Source of the DNA: Octopus sinensis
Taxonomy: Eukaryota
Assembly (NCBI RefSeq): GCF_006345805.1
Contig: NC_043006.1
Location: 2,666,001 to 2,730,000, forward strand
Direction: 5' to 3'
DNA: 64,000 nt
The translations under genes and the position numbers were made by a program. This document shows, in pieces, positions 1-12,929 of the stretch (within the stretch, counting starts at the first letter, position 1; every line of letters starts with the position of its first letter). Below the pieces are notes generated by a model. That model did no database searches. It saw only the letters and a program-made list of their open reading frames with translations, and was not told the DNA's origin.

Positions 1-920
1 CTGCATCTCTTATGTGTCCAAAGCTTACATGTGGTGCAGTCAATGGAATTATGTCCTACTCCTTTCCTACATCTTGAGCAGGGCCATTTACCAGTTGGAA
101 TGAGAGTCTTATCTCCTTTCTCACTAACAACAACTTTAGTTTTAGCTAAATTAACTCCCAGGCCCTTTGATTTCAGGTTTTGCTTCCAAACCTGGAGCTT
201 CTCCAATTCTCAGCATATAGTAGTTCCCATAGGCATCCAGTTTTGAATTCGTCTGTTATGGCCTGAAGACCTATAATAAATAAGAGTGGACTAAGAACTG
301 AACCCTAGTGTACTCCAATTTGTACATTAAATTCATCACTGTATTCAAGGCCAACTCTCACCTTACTAACAGCATCGCTGAACATGGCTTGAACAGCTCT
401 AACAAGCCACTCCTCTGTTCCTAGCTTCCTTAGAGACCACCAAATCAGAGAGTGGGGAACCCTGTCGAAAGCTTTCTCCACGTCAACGAAGGCTAAATAC
501 AATGGCTTACTTTTGGCCAAATACTTTTCTTGCAACTGTCTCACTATGAAGATGGCATCTGTGGTACTTCTCCCTGGAATAAAACCAAACTGCATCTCAT
601 CTAGTTCAATTCTATCCCTAATCAGTTGAGATACAACTCTCTCTGTAATTTTCATAACCGGGTCCAGCAGTTTGATACCTCTGTAGTTGTTTCTATCTAA
701 GGCATCACCTTTACTCTTGAAGCAGCTGACTATAATACTGTTACACCAGTCTTTGGGGATGATGCCTTCCTGAATAACATGATTAAATATGCAAATGACT
801 AGGCTGTGTCCCACACCACCGGATATTTTAAACCCCTCGGCAGTGATACCCGATGGTCCAGGAGCTTTCCCAGTCTTCACTTTCTTAATTGCCTCATCTA
901 TTTTGCTGCTATCAACTCTA
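1..920 (-). mobile_element. 5'-truncated RTE-clade LINE reverse transcriptase fragment (dead), continuing off the window edge
   Basis: ORF 305-880 has RT motifs KAPGPSGI, NYRGIKLL, QFGFIPGRSTTDAIF, FVDVEKAFDRV. Past the stop it reads GVH*GSVLSPLLFII...WELLYA with the DD of YADD deleted, then GKWPCSRCRKGVGHNSIDCTTCKLWTHKRC (Cys/His finger). Confidence 0.9.
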
Positions 921-2433
921 ATATTATTCTAATTTTCTAGGTATAAACTTGTAGGACTAATATAACTTTTTTAGTTACGCAAAATGAAGTTTTTCACACC
1001 TTTTAATTTAATTCACATTCATATTGTTTGAAAAAGCTGTAGAGTTATGGATCTAGTATCTCAAGGCAAACCGAAATAGACAGCTAAACATAATAGTAAC
1101 CAAGTTATTCTACATTCAAAACCTACAAAGCCTGGGACAAACAGTTATTGATTTCAATTTAGAGGAGAACGACAATGTTTATTGAACTTTCTTATTGTAT
1201 ACTGGGCATAACACACACTCTCGTTTTCAGATCCCCAACTCAATAAAGCTGCAGTAAATGGTTTGTTACAATTGTGGTTTTGCTACCGAGTATGTTCTAT
1301 AATTTTGTTTTTGAAATATCGACGTCATTCTGATAGCCTTTTGTAGAATTGTATTGCTACAGGGTCCATCCACGAGTAATGATGGATTGTAGTAAGGCCT
1401 TGAGATAGATATGGAAGGTAGATGCAAATAATCCAACTTGGTGTTTAATAAGCAGTCACACACCAGCAGTGGAAGTATTCAACTTGGGTGCAGTAACTCA
1501 GTGAAGAGGATTGTTGGAATTGGTGCTGTTACAAGGTGAATAAATTAGGTCATCTTCATATAAAGATTGCATTTACCTGTCAGTTTAGATCGATGCAGTC
1601 CTCTCTCTCTCTCACCAGCTTTTACATCTTTGATGCTTTGACTTGTCAAGCATTTGAAGTTTGACAGGGTCTCTGTGTCTACTTGTGACTGTAAAGGTAC
1701 CTAACGCATGAACAAAGGAAGCACATTGTATGAAAAAGCAGGCTTTTCAACTACAAAGTCATTTGTGAGTGATGGGCTGAGAGAAGAGTCTGACTTCAAC
1801 AGAAAAGGATGGTATTACTATTGAAGATATGGAAAACCATAACATGTTATGCTTCACCTGAAAAATCCTTATAAACCCAGATCAGTTTCAAGTTTATTGT
1901 CCTCCCTAATATCACACCTGTAATTAATCACTTTCACATCCTACAGAGTTTACCTTCAATGTAGTTAAGACTCTTTTTTTTAAATATTAAAACAAAGCAT
2001 GGAAGTGATTTTTAGTTTGTTTTTTCCATTCTTTCAGTGTCTAAGTTGTTAGGAGTTGATTCCTTTAGTTAAAATACATTTCCTTGTGACCTTCAGATGT
2101 TTCAGCTCCCAAACTAGTAGAATAAGTTTTCAGCTTGAATCTTTCGTTTTTGTCACATCAACACTTTTGGGGATTTTTTCTTTCTTTCTCCACTTGCTGT
2201 CTATGAAGAGAAAAGTATTTTGCAACATAAGGTCTCATTCTGTTAGCAGTTATCTAGCTGTGACGTGATGTGACTTTATAGAAACACAATTTGATCAAAC
2301 ATCATTCAGTAAACAGTTTCTATTGAGCAGATATTTATAGATGTAATGCATCTTTCAGAAACTATTCATGTTGAAAAAGGTGTTAGAAAACTATCTCGGA
2401 AGGCTAAGCAATGCTATGTATGATATATCATAT

Positions 2434-2600
2434 GTACAGACATGGTTGTGTGGTTACAAAGTTTACATTGCCACCACATAGCTTTGGGACCCATTCCCAC
2501 TGGCATGGCACCTTGGGTAAGTGTCACCTATTGCAGCATCAGACTAACCAGTGCCTTGTGAGTGAAATTTGTGTGATGGAACTATAAAGAAGACCACCCT
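2434..2600 (+). mobile_element. Degenerate 5' half of tRNA-derived SINE family 1
   Basis: Similar to intact copies at 49388-49798 and 55404-55856 (ggcaccttggg(c/t)aagtgtc...gccttgtgagtg), followed by its microsatellite. Confidence 0.7.
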
Positions 2601-2696
2601 GTGTGTGTATGTGTGTGTATGTGTGTGTATGTGTGTGTATGTGTGTGTATGTGTGTGTATGTGTGTGTATGTGTGTGTGTGTGTGTGTGTATGTGT

Positions 2697-2737
<41 letters not shown>

Positions 2738-2795
2738 TGTATGTGTGTGTATGTGTGTGTATGTGTGTTTGTCTGTGTGTGTGCATGTGTGTGCA
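2601..2795. repeat. (TG)n / (TATGTGTGTG)n microsatellite
   Basis: Directly visible; source of the CV/HT low-complexity ORFs. Confidence 0.97.
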
Positions 2796-2812
2796 AGTGT
2801 TTCTAACATGTA

Positions 2813-4071
2813 TCAGGTCATCCCATAAGTTCTGTCCGAATTGTGAATAAAGAAAAGATGTGATCAAAAGTTATATCTAATTGAAATTTAATCACCAATG
2901 TACTTTTCCTGATTAGCTATGACTTCCTTCCATCTATTTTACAAGCTTTTTAATCCCATCGATGTAAAACTGTTTTGGTTTCAAAGCGAAGAACTCTGAA
3001 ATGTCAGTTTCGACCTCCTCCTGGCTTGCGAAAGTTATGTCCTCCAAATGATTCTGTATACTACGAAACAAATGGTAGTCTGAAGGAGCAAGGTCGGGAG
3101 ATTAAGGTGGATGAGGAATTTTTTCCCAACCATCATGTGATCTTTGCAGTGTGTGGTCGCACATTGTCCTGATGAAACTTCATTCCTTTTCGATTCACTA
3201 AAGCGGGTCTTTTTTTCTTCAAAGCTTGGTTCTAACACTCTAATTGCTGACAGTAGACTTGAGCATTGATTGTTGCATTAGGTGATAACAATTCAAAGTG
3301 AATTACTCTTTTGCAATCCCACCAGATAGAGAGAAGAACCTTTTTTCCATGAAGTTCCCTTCTCGGTTGTGGTTGAGCTTTTTCCCTTTTACCAAGCCAC
3401 TGTTTACGACATTTAACATTTCAATAGAAGATCCATTTTTTGTCACCAGTCACAAGTCTATCCAAAAAAGGTGAAATGAGTTCGCGAGAATGGGGAGAAG
3501 AGCAGATGTCAACTCGGGATTTGCAGTTGCTTTCGGACAATTCATGAGGCACCCATTTTCCAAGTTTAGGAACCTTTCCAAGTTGTTGAAGATGATGATG
3601 AACAGTTGTATGATTTGAACTAAGCTTTATTGCCAATTCTTCAACTGATAATGCAGGATTTTCTTCAAGTAATGCCTCAAGGAGCTTATCATCAAACTCA
3701 ACTGGATGTCCTGTTCGATCTTCATCTTCAAGGCTGAAATCTCCACTTCTGAATTTTGCAAACGATCTTCTACAAGTTCTTTCATTCAAGCATTCTTTCC
3801 CATAAACTGAGTGTATGTTTCGAGTCTCTTTGGCAGAGTTTCCTTTTTTGTACTCATAAAGAATTCTTTGCCTTAAATGCTCTTTGAATATTTCCATGTT
3901 AGAAAGAATTTTAATCAAAGAAATTTTAATTCTATTATTCTGTAAAATAATATTTAATTAGTTTAAATGCACAAAAATAATTTTTAATTCCATTAAACAT
4001 TCTAAAATGCTATTAAATTTCATTCAGTTTTAAAAAAGGTAAAATCGGACACAACTTATGGGATGACTTGA
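2813..4071 (-). mobile_element. Near full-length mariner (DD34D-type) transposon
   Basis: 27-bp TIRs tcaggtcatcccataagttctgtccga (2813) and the reverse complement at 4045-4071, two mismatches; TA on both sides (2811-2812, 4072-4073). Confidence 0.93.
2888..3897 (-). pseudogene. Mariner transposase pseudogene
   Basis: MEIFKEHLRQRILYEYKKG N-terminus, WVPHEL, RLVTGDKKWIFY then frameshift; PHPP*SPDLAPSDYHLFRS with a stop replacing Y; ends RWKEVIANQEKYIGD*. Confidence 0.9.
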
Positions 4072-4562
4072 TAGTAATGATTTTTATGTAGTGATACACT
4101 ACATTCACCCTCCCTCCAGTCTATACTTCTCACCTGAATCACCTGAATCACCTGGATCAGCCAGGCTTTCTGGTGCTGAGTCGGCTCTGCTGGCCACAGT
4201 ATTCCCCTCATACGCTTGCCATTCTCCTCCACATTGCTCCAAACATTTTACTTAACAAATCCTCTTCCCACCTGATTGGAGGTCTCCTTAATTGGTCTCT
4301 TCCACTTGCGTGGGTACCACTTGACAACTGTACTTGTACAATCACAAATCTTTGCGGTAGGTGAGGTATGCAAGGTAGACTTGGTCAGAGTGTGACAGTT
4401 GCTGTTCCTTTGTAACTATGGTTAATGGTGTGCACTCCTTGGACAGCATTTGAGTGTAGTGAGGCATTTGATGCTACCGCTATTTCTATGTGAATGCGTT
4501 TTCTGTTCTATGGGGCTGGGTGGGAGGAATGTAGGAGGATATTTGATGTGTTGTGCATTCTT

Positions 4563-4958
4563 CCTTTTACTTGTTTCAGTCATTTGACTGCGGCCATGCT
4601 GCAGCACTGCACTGAAGGATTTTAGTTGATTAAATCAACCCCAGGACTTGATTTTTAAAGCTCAGTACTTATTCTGTCCAGTCTCTTTTTGCAGAACTGC
4701 TCAGTTATGGGGACATAAACACACAAACACCAGTTGTCAAGCAGTGATGGTGGGGAAAAGCATAGACATGAAGACACACACACACATAGATACATACATA
4801 CATATACATATGACGGGCTTCTTTCAGTTTCCATCTACTAAGGCTTGGTCAGACCGAGGCTATTGTAGAAGACACTTGCCCAAGGTGCCATGCAGTGGGA
4901 CTGAACCCGGAATCATGTGGTTGGGAAGCAAGCTACTTACCACATGGCCACACCTGCC
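4563..4958 (-). mobile_element. SINE family 1 (tRNA-like head, internal microsatellite, aaacaagtaaaag tail)
   Basis: Matches the other full copies in the window along its length. Confidence 0.9.
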
Positions 4959-5332
4959 TGACTGGATGTTTGGAGGTGGTTTCTTATGTAGTGATGGCAG
5001 GGATTGTGTGTGTGTGTGGGGGGGGGTTTAAAGTTTGCTGCAGCAACAGACTTTGCCTCTTGCATGTGTCGGTGGTCTTTCAATTTGAGCAGTTTGGTTT
5101 CCCTGTGTAGTGGGTGTGTGGAGGGGACAGTGTAGTATATCTATTTTGATAGATAATGCACTGTTTTGTGTACTTTGAAGTACCTTGTTATTTGTTGTAG
5201 GAAGATTTGAGCTGGTCCAGGCAGCACTGGAATGCTCCGTGAGTGTTTGTGAAGTGTTGTTTGCAACCAATTATTGTTTCTTTCTGTTGGTAAAATGTGA
5301 TGCCTCTGATCACTCTAATATCTTTTGTCTTT

Positions 5333-5630
5333 TGTCTTTTACTTGTTTCAATCTGTGGCCATGCTGGGGCAACCCCTTGAAAAAGTTTTAAGTCAACTGT
5401 ATCGACCCCAGTACTTAGTTTTTAAAAACCTGGCAATTATTCTATTGCTCACTTTTGCTGAACTACTAAGTTACGGGAATGTGAACACACCAGCACTGGA
5501 CATCAATTTGTGATGGAAGGACAAGCACAGACACAAAGACACACACACACACACACACACACACAATGGGCTTCTTTCAGTTTCCATCTACTACATCCAC
5601 TCATAAGGCTTTTGGTTTGCTCAAAGCTTT
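5333..5630 (-). mobile_element. SINE family 1, head truncated
   Basis: cttttacttgtttcaatc...ggccatgctggggca...(CA)n...gggcttctttcagtttccatctac. Confidence 0.85.
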
Positions 5631-8600
5631 GTCTTCTGTGTATGTAGTATGTTTATTTTGTTGAGTACGATGGTTGGTTATGTTTGATGTCCTCTATTGT
5701 CAATAATAAAAAAGGGAAATGGTAGATTTGGTAGGTTTTGCTTTAAACCTACACTATAAGTCTCTTCTAATTCTTTAGAATAATGGTTCAGTGGAAGTTT
5801 TAGATATCCAAGAAGATAAATTAGCCAAATTTATGTTTTTTTTAAACTCAGAGTAGGAGGGCTTAAGCTGTTGTGGAACTTTTCTTAATAGTTGTAGCTT
5901 TTCATTTTTGGAAAAATTGCTTGGTTTCTCTTTCTGGAAAACTAGGAGTTAAACTGTAGACTAATCAAACTGTCTCATGATTGTCTAGAAATTCAATAAT
6001 TCATAGATAACATTCATATGAAAAACAATATATAAGTTAGTGTTAACATATTTAATATATTAAGCTTTGAAAGCCAACTACAAATAGATATGCAATGAGG
6101 GGGAAAAATTATATTAGTCTCTAACTGATATTTTCATTTATCTGGAGTAGACAACTCCAGGCATGTTTAAATTTTGTTCTAACTTTGTCTTTGAAATAAC
6201 ACAGTCTTCACCAAACTTGGCAAAGTAGTGGTGAATGAATCACTAATTCAATTGTACTAAAGTTTTATGTATTGCAACTAGCTAAAAGTAGCAAAAAGAC
6301 ATAGAAACCTGGTTGAGCAGAGCAAAATTCCAAAATCATTTCAAGTAAATAGCAGTAAGAATATTACTGTAAATTTCTAAGCAAGAGTATATGTAATGAA
6401 AATATTGAAGAGGTCATTGAAATAAAATTGAATTCGAGAAAGAGAGAGAGAAAACACAAATCCATATTTACTAATAATATAAATTTGCAATAATGGTCGT
6501 AGAATTGACTCAAGAAATCTTGCATCAATTCTTCAGTGCACCATTTTACAATGTGGACAAACTTAAATAAACAATTATTTTTAATTCTCTTTAAAATTGA
6601 AAGTCTGTAAAATTGTTGAAATATGATAATTTCTACTAAGTAACCTAATTTCTTTTAAATAAACTATCCTGTTATTTTTTGCTAAGAAACCATATGTGTC
6701 TAAGTGTAGATTCAATGCAGTTTTTACATGATTTCAGTGTCACATTACATCCTTTTATATGCTACAGTTTCATTTCAACCTATTGTTGTTATTAATTTTT
6801 GTAGAATGTGTTCTTGTTGAAGGAAATTGGCAAATATATTTTTAAGCCATATAAATACAATATATATATATATATATATGATTTAAAGTTATATTCAAAG
6901 GAAATTAACCCTATTCATTCATAGATTTTAAGAAATTTTTATTTGAAGATAATGAGTTAAAATTGTGAGAAATAGAACTGATTAAAACAGTGCTATTGTG
7001 CCAGTGGGTAAAAAGTTTCCTCTGAAGATAATAAGATCGCAGCTGATAAAAGTTGTTTTAACAATATATAGCACTTTCTTAGATGAAATCTTTTAAATTG
7101 ATCCAATTAGGCTGCCAAAGGGATTGTTTTGTTTTCCAGAATGTCTCAGAAACTTCTAATTTATTTTTAGATATGATTTGATGGAACTATTTATTTTTCT
7201 GTCATTAAAATGTCATTACATTTCAGAATTATCAGGATGTATATCTTGCAGCTAATTCTTCAGAGCATTCCGAGACATATTCATTGCTTAGAACTGGCTA
7301 AGAATTTTGATTAAGTCTGTTTTATCTAATGTTCGTCTAACTCTTATTGTGCTATATTTGCTATATAAGTAAAAAGGATAGTTCATTATGTGAAATTTTA
7401 TATCTTTCTTTCTCTTTATTTAGCTGGTTATTTACCAAATTTAGGAAATATATTTGAGATTTCTGTGTATTTATTTTCTCATTCTTTGGTTTTCTTTCAT
7501 TCATTTCATTCAATATTTTGCTTCCATAAGCTTCCTCAATCTGAATGAAAATATCTGATATTGTAAGAACTTCTGTCAGCATGTAGTTTTATCCCTCTGC
7601 ATAGACTGTTTGTGTCCATGTTCTTTAGATGCTGTTATTCTATGTAAGAAGATTTTTTTTTTGTCATGTTAAACATTTCTTTACATACTTTGCTGTTGTG
7701 GTAAGTTCCTGAACAATTACATAAGCATAAATAAAACTATAGCTAGAGTTGTTGTAAAAAGCTTCACTATGAAAATATGAATGAATGTAAATACACTTAG
7801 CTTTTTCTCCTTGCAAAAAAAAAAAAAAAAATGCAAATGCCTTTACAACTGTTTTACAATTAGTTGTTTATCAGAAAGCATATGCTTCCATTTCCTGTCC
7901 ACAGAGAGAATTAGAGCTCAGCAGCTATTTTTACTAATCAAACACTAGAACATAACCAAAATAGTCTGTCCGGTTTGTACACTTAATATTTGCGTTCATC
8001 GTTAAGCAATTAATTAAATAGTAAATATTTATGATTATCCAAAATTGTTCTCACATGATAAAGGATAATATAAGGTTGGATATCCTTGTCAAGTCCTATA
8101 GACTCATAGAGCTGGTTTCCTGTGGTATATATATTTCCCACTGGATGGGATGCTGACCTATCGTAGGATTACTTATTTTTGCCAGCTGAGCCAACTGGTC
8201 TCATATGATAACCTACTGTAAAAAAAAAATGCTTTATAATAATTAAAGTTGGCCAAAAATTAGGAATTTATTAAAATTCTAAGTCGGGTTGATACATAAA
8301 ATCTGTAGATGTTTTCAAATTAAAAGATGTATTTTATTACGCAGTGCATAACTGGATATCAACAATCCCAATACAAAGATACCGATTACCATAATGTAGC
8401 TGAGGTTTGATGCATGCTAGCACTTGTGTCGTAACATCAGTAAGCATCATTCTCATCTCAGCTATTGTCATACCTGTTTTCTATACCAGCAGGGGGTGGG
8501 GGTGGGGGTGGGGGTCTTCTGTCCAGAACCTTTTTCTTATGTTTTAATTCTTTGCAATACCATCTCTGAGACCAACCATTCTGAAACCTGACTTCACTAG

Positions 8601-8920
8601 TTCTTATGGTCTCCCTCTGCCATGCATTTTCACATCTCATGTCCATATAGACACAAATCCACACATGAGCTGAAGCTTTTGATATATTCTTAAACTGTTG
8701 CTTTCATTCATGACTATTTCTTTTCATTCTTTCGTTTTTTGCTTTGTTAAATAAGTTACTCAGCAGAAATTTAGCTGTGTCCTTTACAGACCCTCCCAGA
8801 CTAGAGTGATGGATGTGGTTGATATCCAGTTTGAACATCTGTAGGTCAATAGCTTCAGGAATAACACTGACAGGAGGAAATGTTTTGTGCTGGGTTTGGG
8901 AGGCGAAACATAGTAGAGAT

Positions 8921-8977
<57 letters not shown>

Positions 8978-9010
8978 GTGAGAGACAGAGGGAAAGAGAG
9001 CGAGAGAGAG
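8921..9010. repeat. (TG)n(GA)n microsatellite
   Basis: Directly visible. Confidence 0.95.
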
Positions 9011-10367
9011 ATGGCAGATGGACCTGGGTGGAAAGCACATGCAGCTAGTTGTTAGTTTAAGAGCAGAATTCTTAGGTCTTCATGCTAGCAATAAAACGAG
9101 GGAGATAGGAAACTGCGTGTCTGTCTACTCATGGTTAAAAGCAGGATAGTGATTGAATCATTGTGATTTCGGTGAACGACTTTTTGGGATGTGGTCTAAG
9201 ATACTTGTTAGTGAACAATACTCCTGTAAAGGTCTTACTTAAGAAAAGCCAATGGATCCCACCCAGCTTATGTCTCTGGAGCCTTTATCAGGCTCCATGT
9301 TCAGTGTCTACATCTCTCTGTTATGCAGAATGATATTTCCTATATATACTTCAAACAGACTATCTTTCTTAGAAGCCCTTTGTTTCTAACAGAAGTGAAA
9401 ACTTGAATTTCTTTCCCCTATTCCTGACTCCATGTACTGCAATCACATCTACTCTCCGACTCAAAGTTATCTGAGCAGTTCACGTATTTCACTGCAAAGA
9501 TGCTGTTATTGTTAACCCTTCTTTATACATCCATCATGTCTGTAGTTCTGCTTTCTTTCCAGTTTTCTAGATTATACTGAACCTTTTGTGTGACTATTGC
9601 TTTTACTAATAGGAAACAAGTCCCTATTAATGCCTTTCCTAAATGCGTATTGAATAATTTTGGTTCAAATGCATTGAGCAGATGCTGATGAGTTCATGAC
9701 TAAACAATACAAACACAGCAAATATGACATCAGACGCAAGAAAACCACTTGAGCTTTATACCTTATTGCAACAACTACAATTACAGAGATGGATTTTGTT
9801 TCAATATTCGCTGACAAGAATTTGAGTATAACTATAATCTCTTAGGATTGCTTTTTCTGTTCCGTTTTGTAATAATCAGAAAGGAAAATTTACTAAGAAT
9901 TAAAGCTAATTTATCATATTGCCAAAGATTATAGACAATTGTATAAACAATAGGAGTTCATAATGTGAGATCTGGTTTCCAATATGAATATGAAACAAGC
10001 AATATTTTATCATGATGAGTAGAACAAAGAAAGAAAAAAAAACAAAATGATTTGCTATTTTCTTCTTGTGAAAGTTCTTGACATTTTTGCATCATTGGAA
10101 TTTACAAGACAACTAGTAAATTTTGAAAGATATCTGTTTAGAATAGTTCTTTATTAAATTTCTCTTAACTATTCCAAAATAGCTGTCTGTCTTGGTTGAT
10201 AAAATTTTTGAAAATATAAATTATGATATTGATGTGCATGTGGATATAGTTGCAGAGTATGTCGTTGTATGTGTTGGATGAAGAAAAACCGAAAGAGACA
10301 AACAAAGATTCTCTTTAAACATTCATTTATTAATTTATGTTAATTATTGGGAAATGTGTTTCCTTAG

Positions 10368-10433
10368 AATGCCCAACTGGTAGCACGTATATCAAGAAGA
10401 TACAACAGATTTACATTTTCAAAGACTGCTAAG
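10368..10433 (+). other. Candidate 66-nt spliced exon of an unidentified transcript
   Basis: Acceptor tgtgtttccttag| and consensus donor AAG|gtaagt in non-repetitive sequence. One open frame (NAQLVARISRRYNRFTFSKTAK); no recognisable homology. Confidence 0.3.
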
Positions 10434-11184
10434 GTAAGTTCTATTATTGAGAATGTCCAGAAGGAAAGTCTACCTCAAGATTTGTGGGTTTCTCTGATGC
10501 AACGAACATCAGTTGTTATTAGAGTGAAGCCAAAGTTACTGAAGTATAAAATTTGATTGTAGCAGTTCTGTCGAGCAGCGGTCTTCAGAAGTTCCTACTG
10601 TCTTGTTCTCTTCTGAATGGTGCAATCTGTGGCTCATTGGAATTACCTATCAAAGAGCTAGGTTTTATAAAACAGAAAGAGCTCAAGCATACATCTTGAA
10701 TCAAATACTTCTGATTGGTCCAATGCAGGCTTTGGCCCATCAAGCAGCAGTTTCTAACCAATGAAATATTACAATTAAGTCATTTGAAATTATCAAATTA
10801 TTTTGAGTTACAGGAGAATTTGTAATTTATGATTGTTTGTTGTCAAGTCAGTGTATGCAGAGCATTATCAGGGCTGTGTACGTATGTGTATTGCTCTGTG
10901 TGTGTGGTGCTTGTGCATCTACAAAATGCTAGCATAGAGTTATGAAAGGAGATTGCGATGGAGTGCAGAGCCTTGATCAGAAGTCAGCAAACTTTTGTGT
11001 CTTGCTGAACAAAGGTGAATGTAAAAATCAAGTCAAAAGTCACACAAGGCTATAGAGAAAGCTTCATTTTAATTAGCAGCATGTACTACATGATCTATTT
11101 CATTTTCATGTACCACATGAGTTGTTACATTTTCATGTACATCATGAAACATTTTAAAAAGCAAATATAAACTCATTATAAATG

Positions 11185-11620
11185 GGATTATGCTCCATGA
11201 TGTTCAATTGTCTTTTGCCAACATGTTGTCGAATTAGATATACTTATTGAAAAAGAAAAACAAGCCCCAAACTCTTTTTCCTTTGAGACTATAAATTTCT
11301 CAAAGACTTCAATGATCTCTTCTTGATTTGTGAAATTTTTTTTCCTACATGTGGACAATTTCAAGTATTGGGATGTGAAATAGGTAAATTCCATACTCAA
11401 GGTCTGTTAATTTTCAAAGTGTTGTTTCAGAAGTGTATGGTGAAGTATCATTGGCAGCAGCAGAATTGGTCTGTTTCTCTGTTAATCAATCTTGGTTGTT
11501 TTGATTTCAATGCAAACGATCAATTCCTTTGATAGTATGAGTTTGCTGTAATTAATTTTCCTTGATACAAAAAAACATAAGTCTGACTTATATCTTTTAC
11601 AAACCACCATCCAGTCACCA
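11185..11620 (-). mobile_element. Old mariner transposase relic (C-terminal part)
   Basis: FTNQEEIIEVFEKFIVSKEKEF...WQKTIEHHGA resembles the mariner C-terminus; upstream ITANSYYQ resembles the TITANxYCQQL region. Confidence 0.6.
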
Positions 11621-12623
11621 TAACCATTTTTATTTCGTTCCAGCAGAGCAGTGGCTGCTTTAGAAAATGTTTTAGAGTTTCATCTGTATTTATCTACTGC
11701 CAGATCATTTATTTTTTTAATTGTTAAAAAAATATCCATTTCGCATCAGAAGTAATGATACAGACAGAAAAATATTTGATTTTTTACTATGGATTAGTAG
11801 CACTAAACACTGCTATTTCTGATGTTTAGTCAATTCATCTAGAATCCATTTATACAGGTTTTCACTTTTTTTTTGGGGGGGGGGGGGACCATGGGGAAAC
11901 AGTAATGCCAAGTCTTCTACAAATTGTCAAATTATTGTTGGAGAGCTTCTTTTCATTAGTTTTCTTAATTTTTTCTTTTTTTTCCTTTTTTTTTTTTGTT
12001 ATGACAGAACTCAACCTTACCTATGGTTCTATTTGAAGGTTCTTGTCTCTCGAGTGAAATTTCTGAAACTACCATTACTATTTGGAGGTTAACGTAATTG
12101 TCTCCAAATGCTAAATTAATGGATTTTTTTGTTTGAAGCTTCAAGTTGCATTGTGTCTTAATTTGAACTGTTATAAAAGACCAAGTTGTGTTCATTCAAT
12201 GCTCACCATATTACCAAGGGACATGAAATGAATGTTTGCAAGACTAGCACCATCTAGCTAGAAACTGAAGCCAAATGAATTTCAAAGCTTGCTGACACAA
12301 AATATATCTAACTCACTACTTTTCCGAACATTTATAATCACATCTTAAAAATGGTTCATATTAAAAAAAAAAAACATTTTATGTGGTATGCTCTAATACA
12401 TTATTGTTTTCCATCATAAGAATATATACCTTCATAAACTTCTATGTAAACCTCTTCCCCCCACTAGGACCCTCCCCTCACAAATCCTCTACGATTTCTT
12501 TCTTTTTATTTTAGTGTGTGTCAGGGGAACAAAATATTGTCAAATGATAGTTCAGGTTGTGGGATTCCTGTAAACAAAACTGAGTGCAAGTGATGATCAG
12601 GTATCACTTACCTGTAAATATGT

Positions 12624-12842
12624 TTAACTTTTTAGCATTCAGATTACTCGGTCAAGTATAACATTTGTTTATTCACATTGTTTTGTGTTGATCATGCATT
12701 ATCTCATAGCTTTGAGATTTCATCAATGTGATTGTTTATTTTTAAAACGACATTGTAGGAGGGGTATAAAAAGGCCAGATGTGGCCAATTTACACTTAAG
12801 ACAGGTGGAATATTTGGGCCTCATACTGCTGGTTTAAATGCT
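12624..12842. mobile_element. ~220-bp MITE-like repeat with TTAA-flanked tttagcatt/aatgct ends (piggyBac-like)
   Basis: Homologous to 34218-34450; begins ttaactttttagcattcagattac. Confidence 0.6.
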
Positions 12843-12929
12843 GCACATCATCTTTAAAAAGTGTGGGGTTTTCTTTCTCTTTCATATAAATAGGTTGTGC
12901 CAGATGCTGAAACTCATCCATGAGCAAAG

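Noticed and set aside
3421-3918. SETMAR or other domesticated transposase gene
   Set aside because: Bounded by TIRs and TA TSD, frameshifted, no SET domain.
5640-7700. Possible ancient coding or TE relic on the minus strand (ORF 7361-7582)
   Set aside because: No recognisable motif; multiple stops in the frames I translated.
8491-8514. (GGGGGT)4 G-quadruplex motif
   Set aside because: Real motif but a simple repeat with no evidence of function.
9684-9710. CTGATGA motifs at 9685, 26365, 29613, 44043, 50701 as hammerheads
   Set aside because: No correctly placed GAAA/NUH or stem I; expected by chance.
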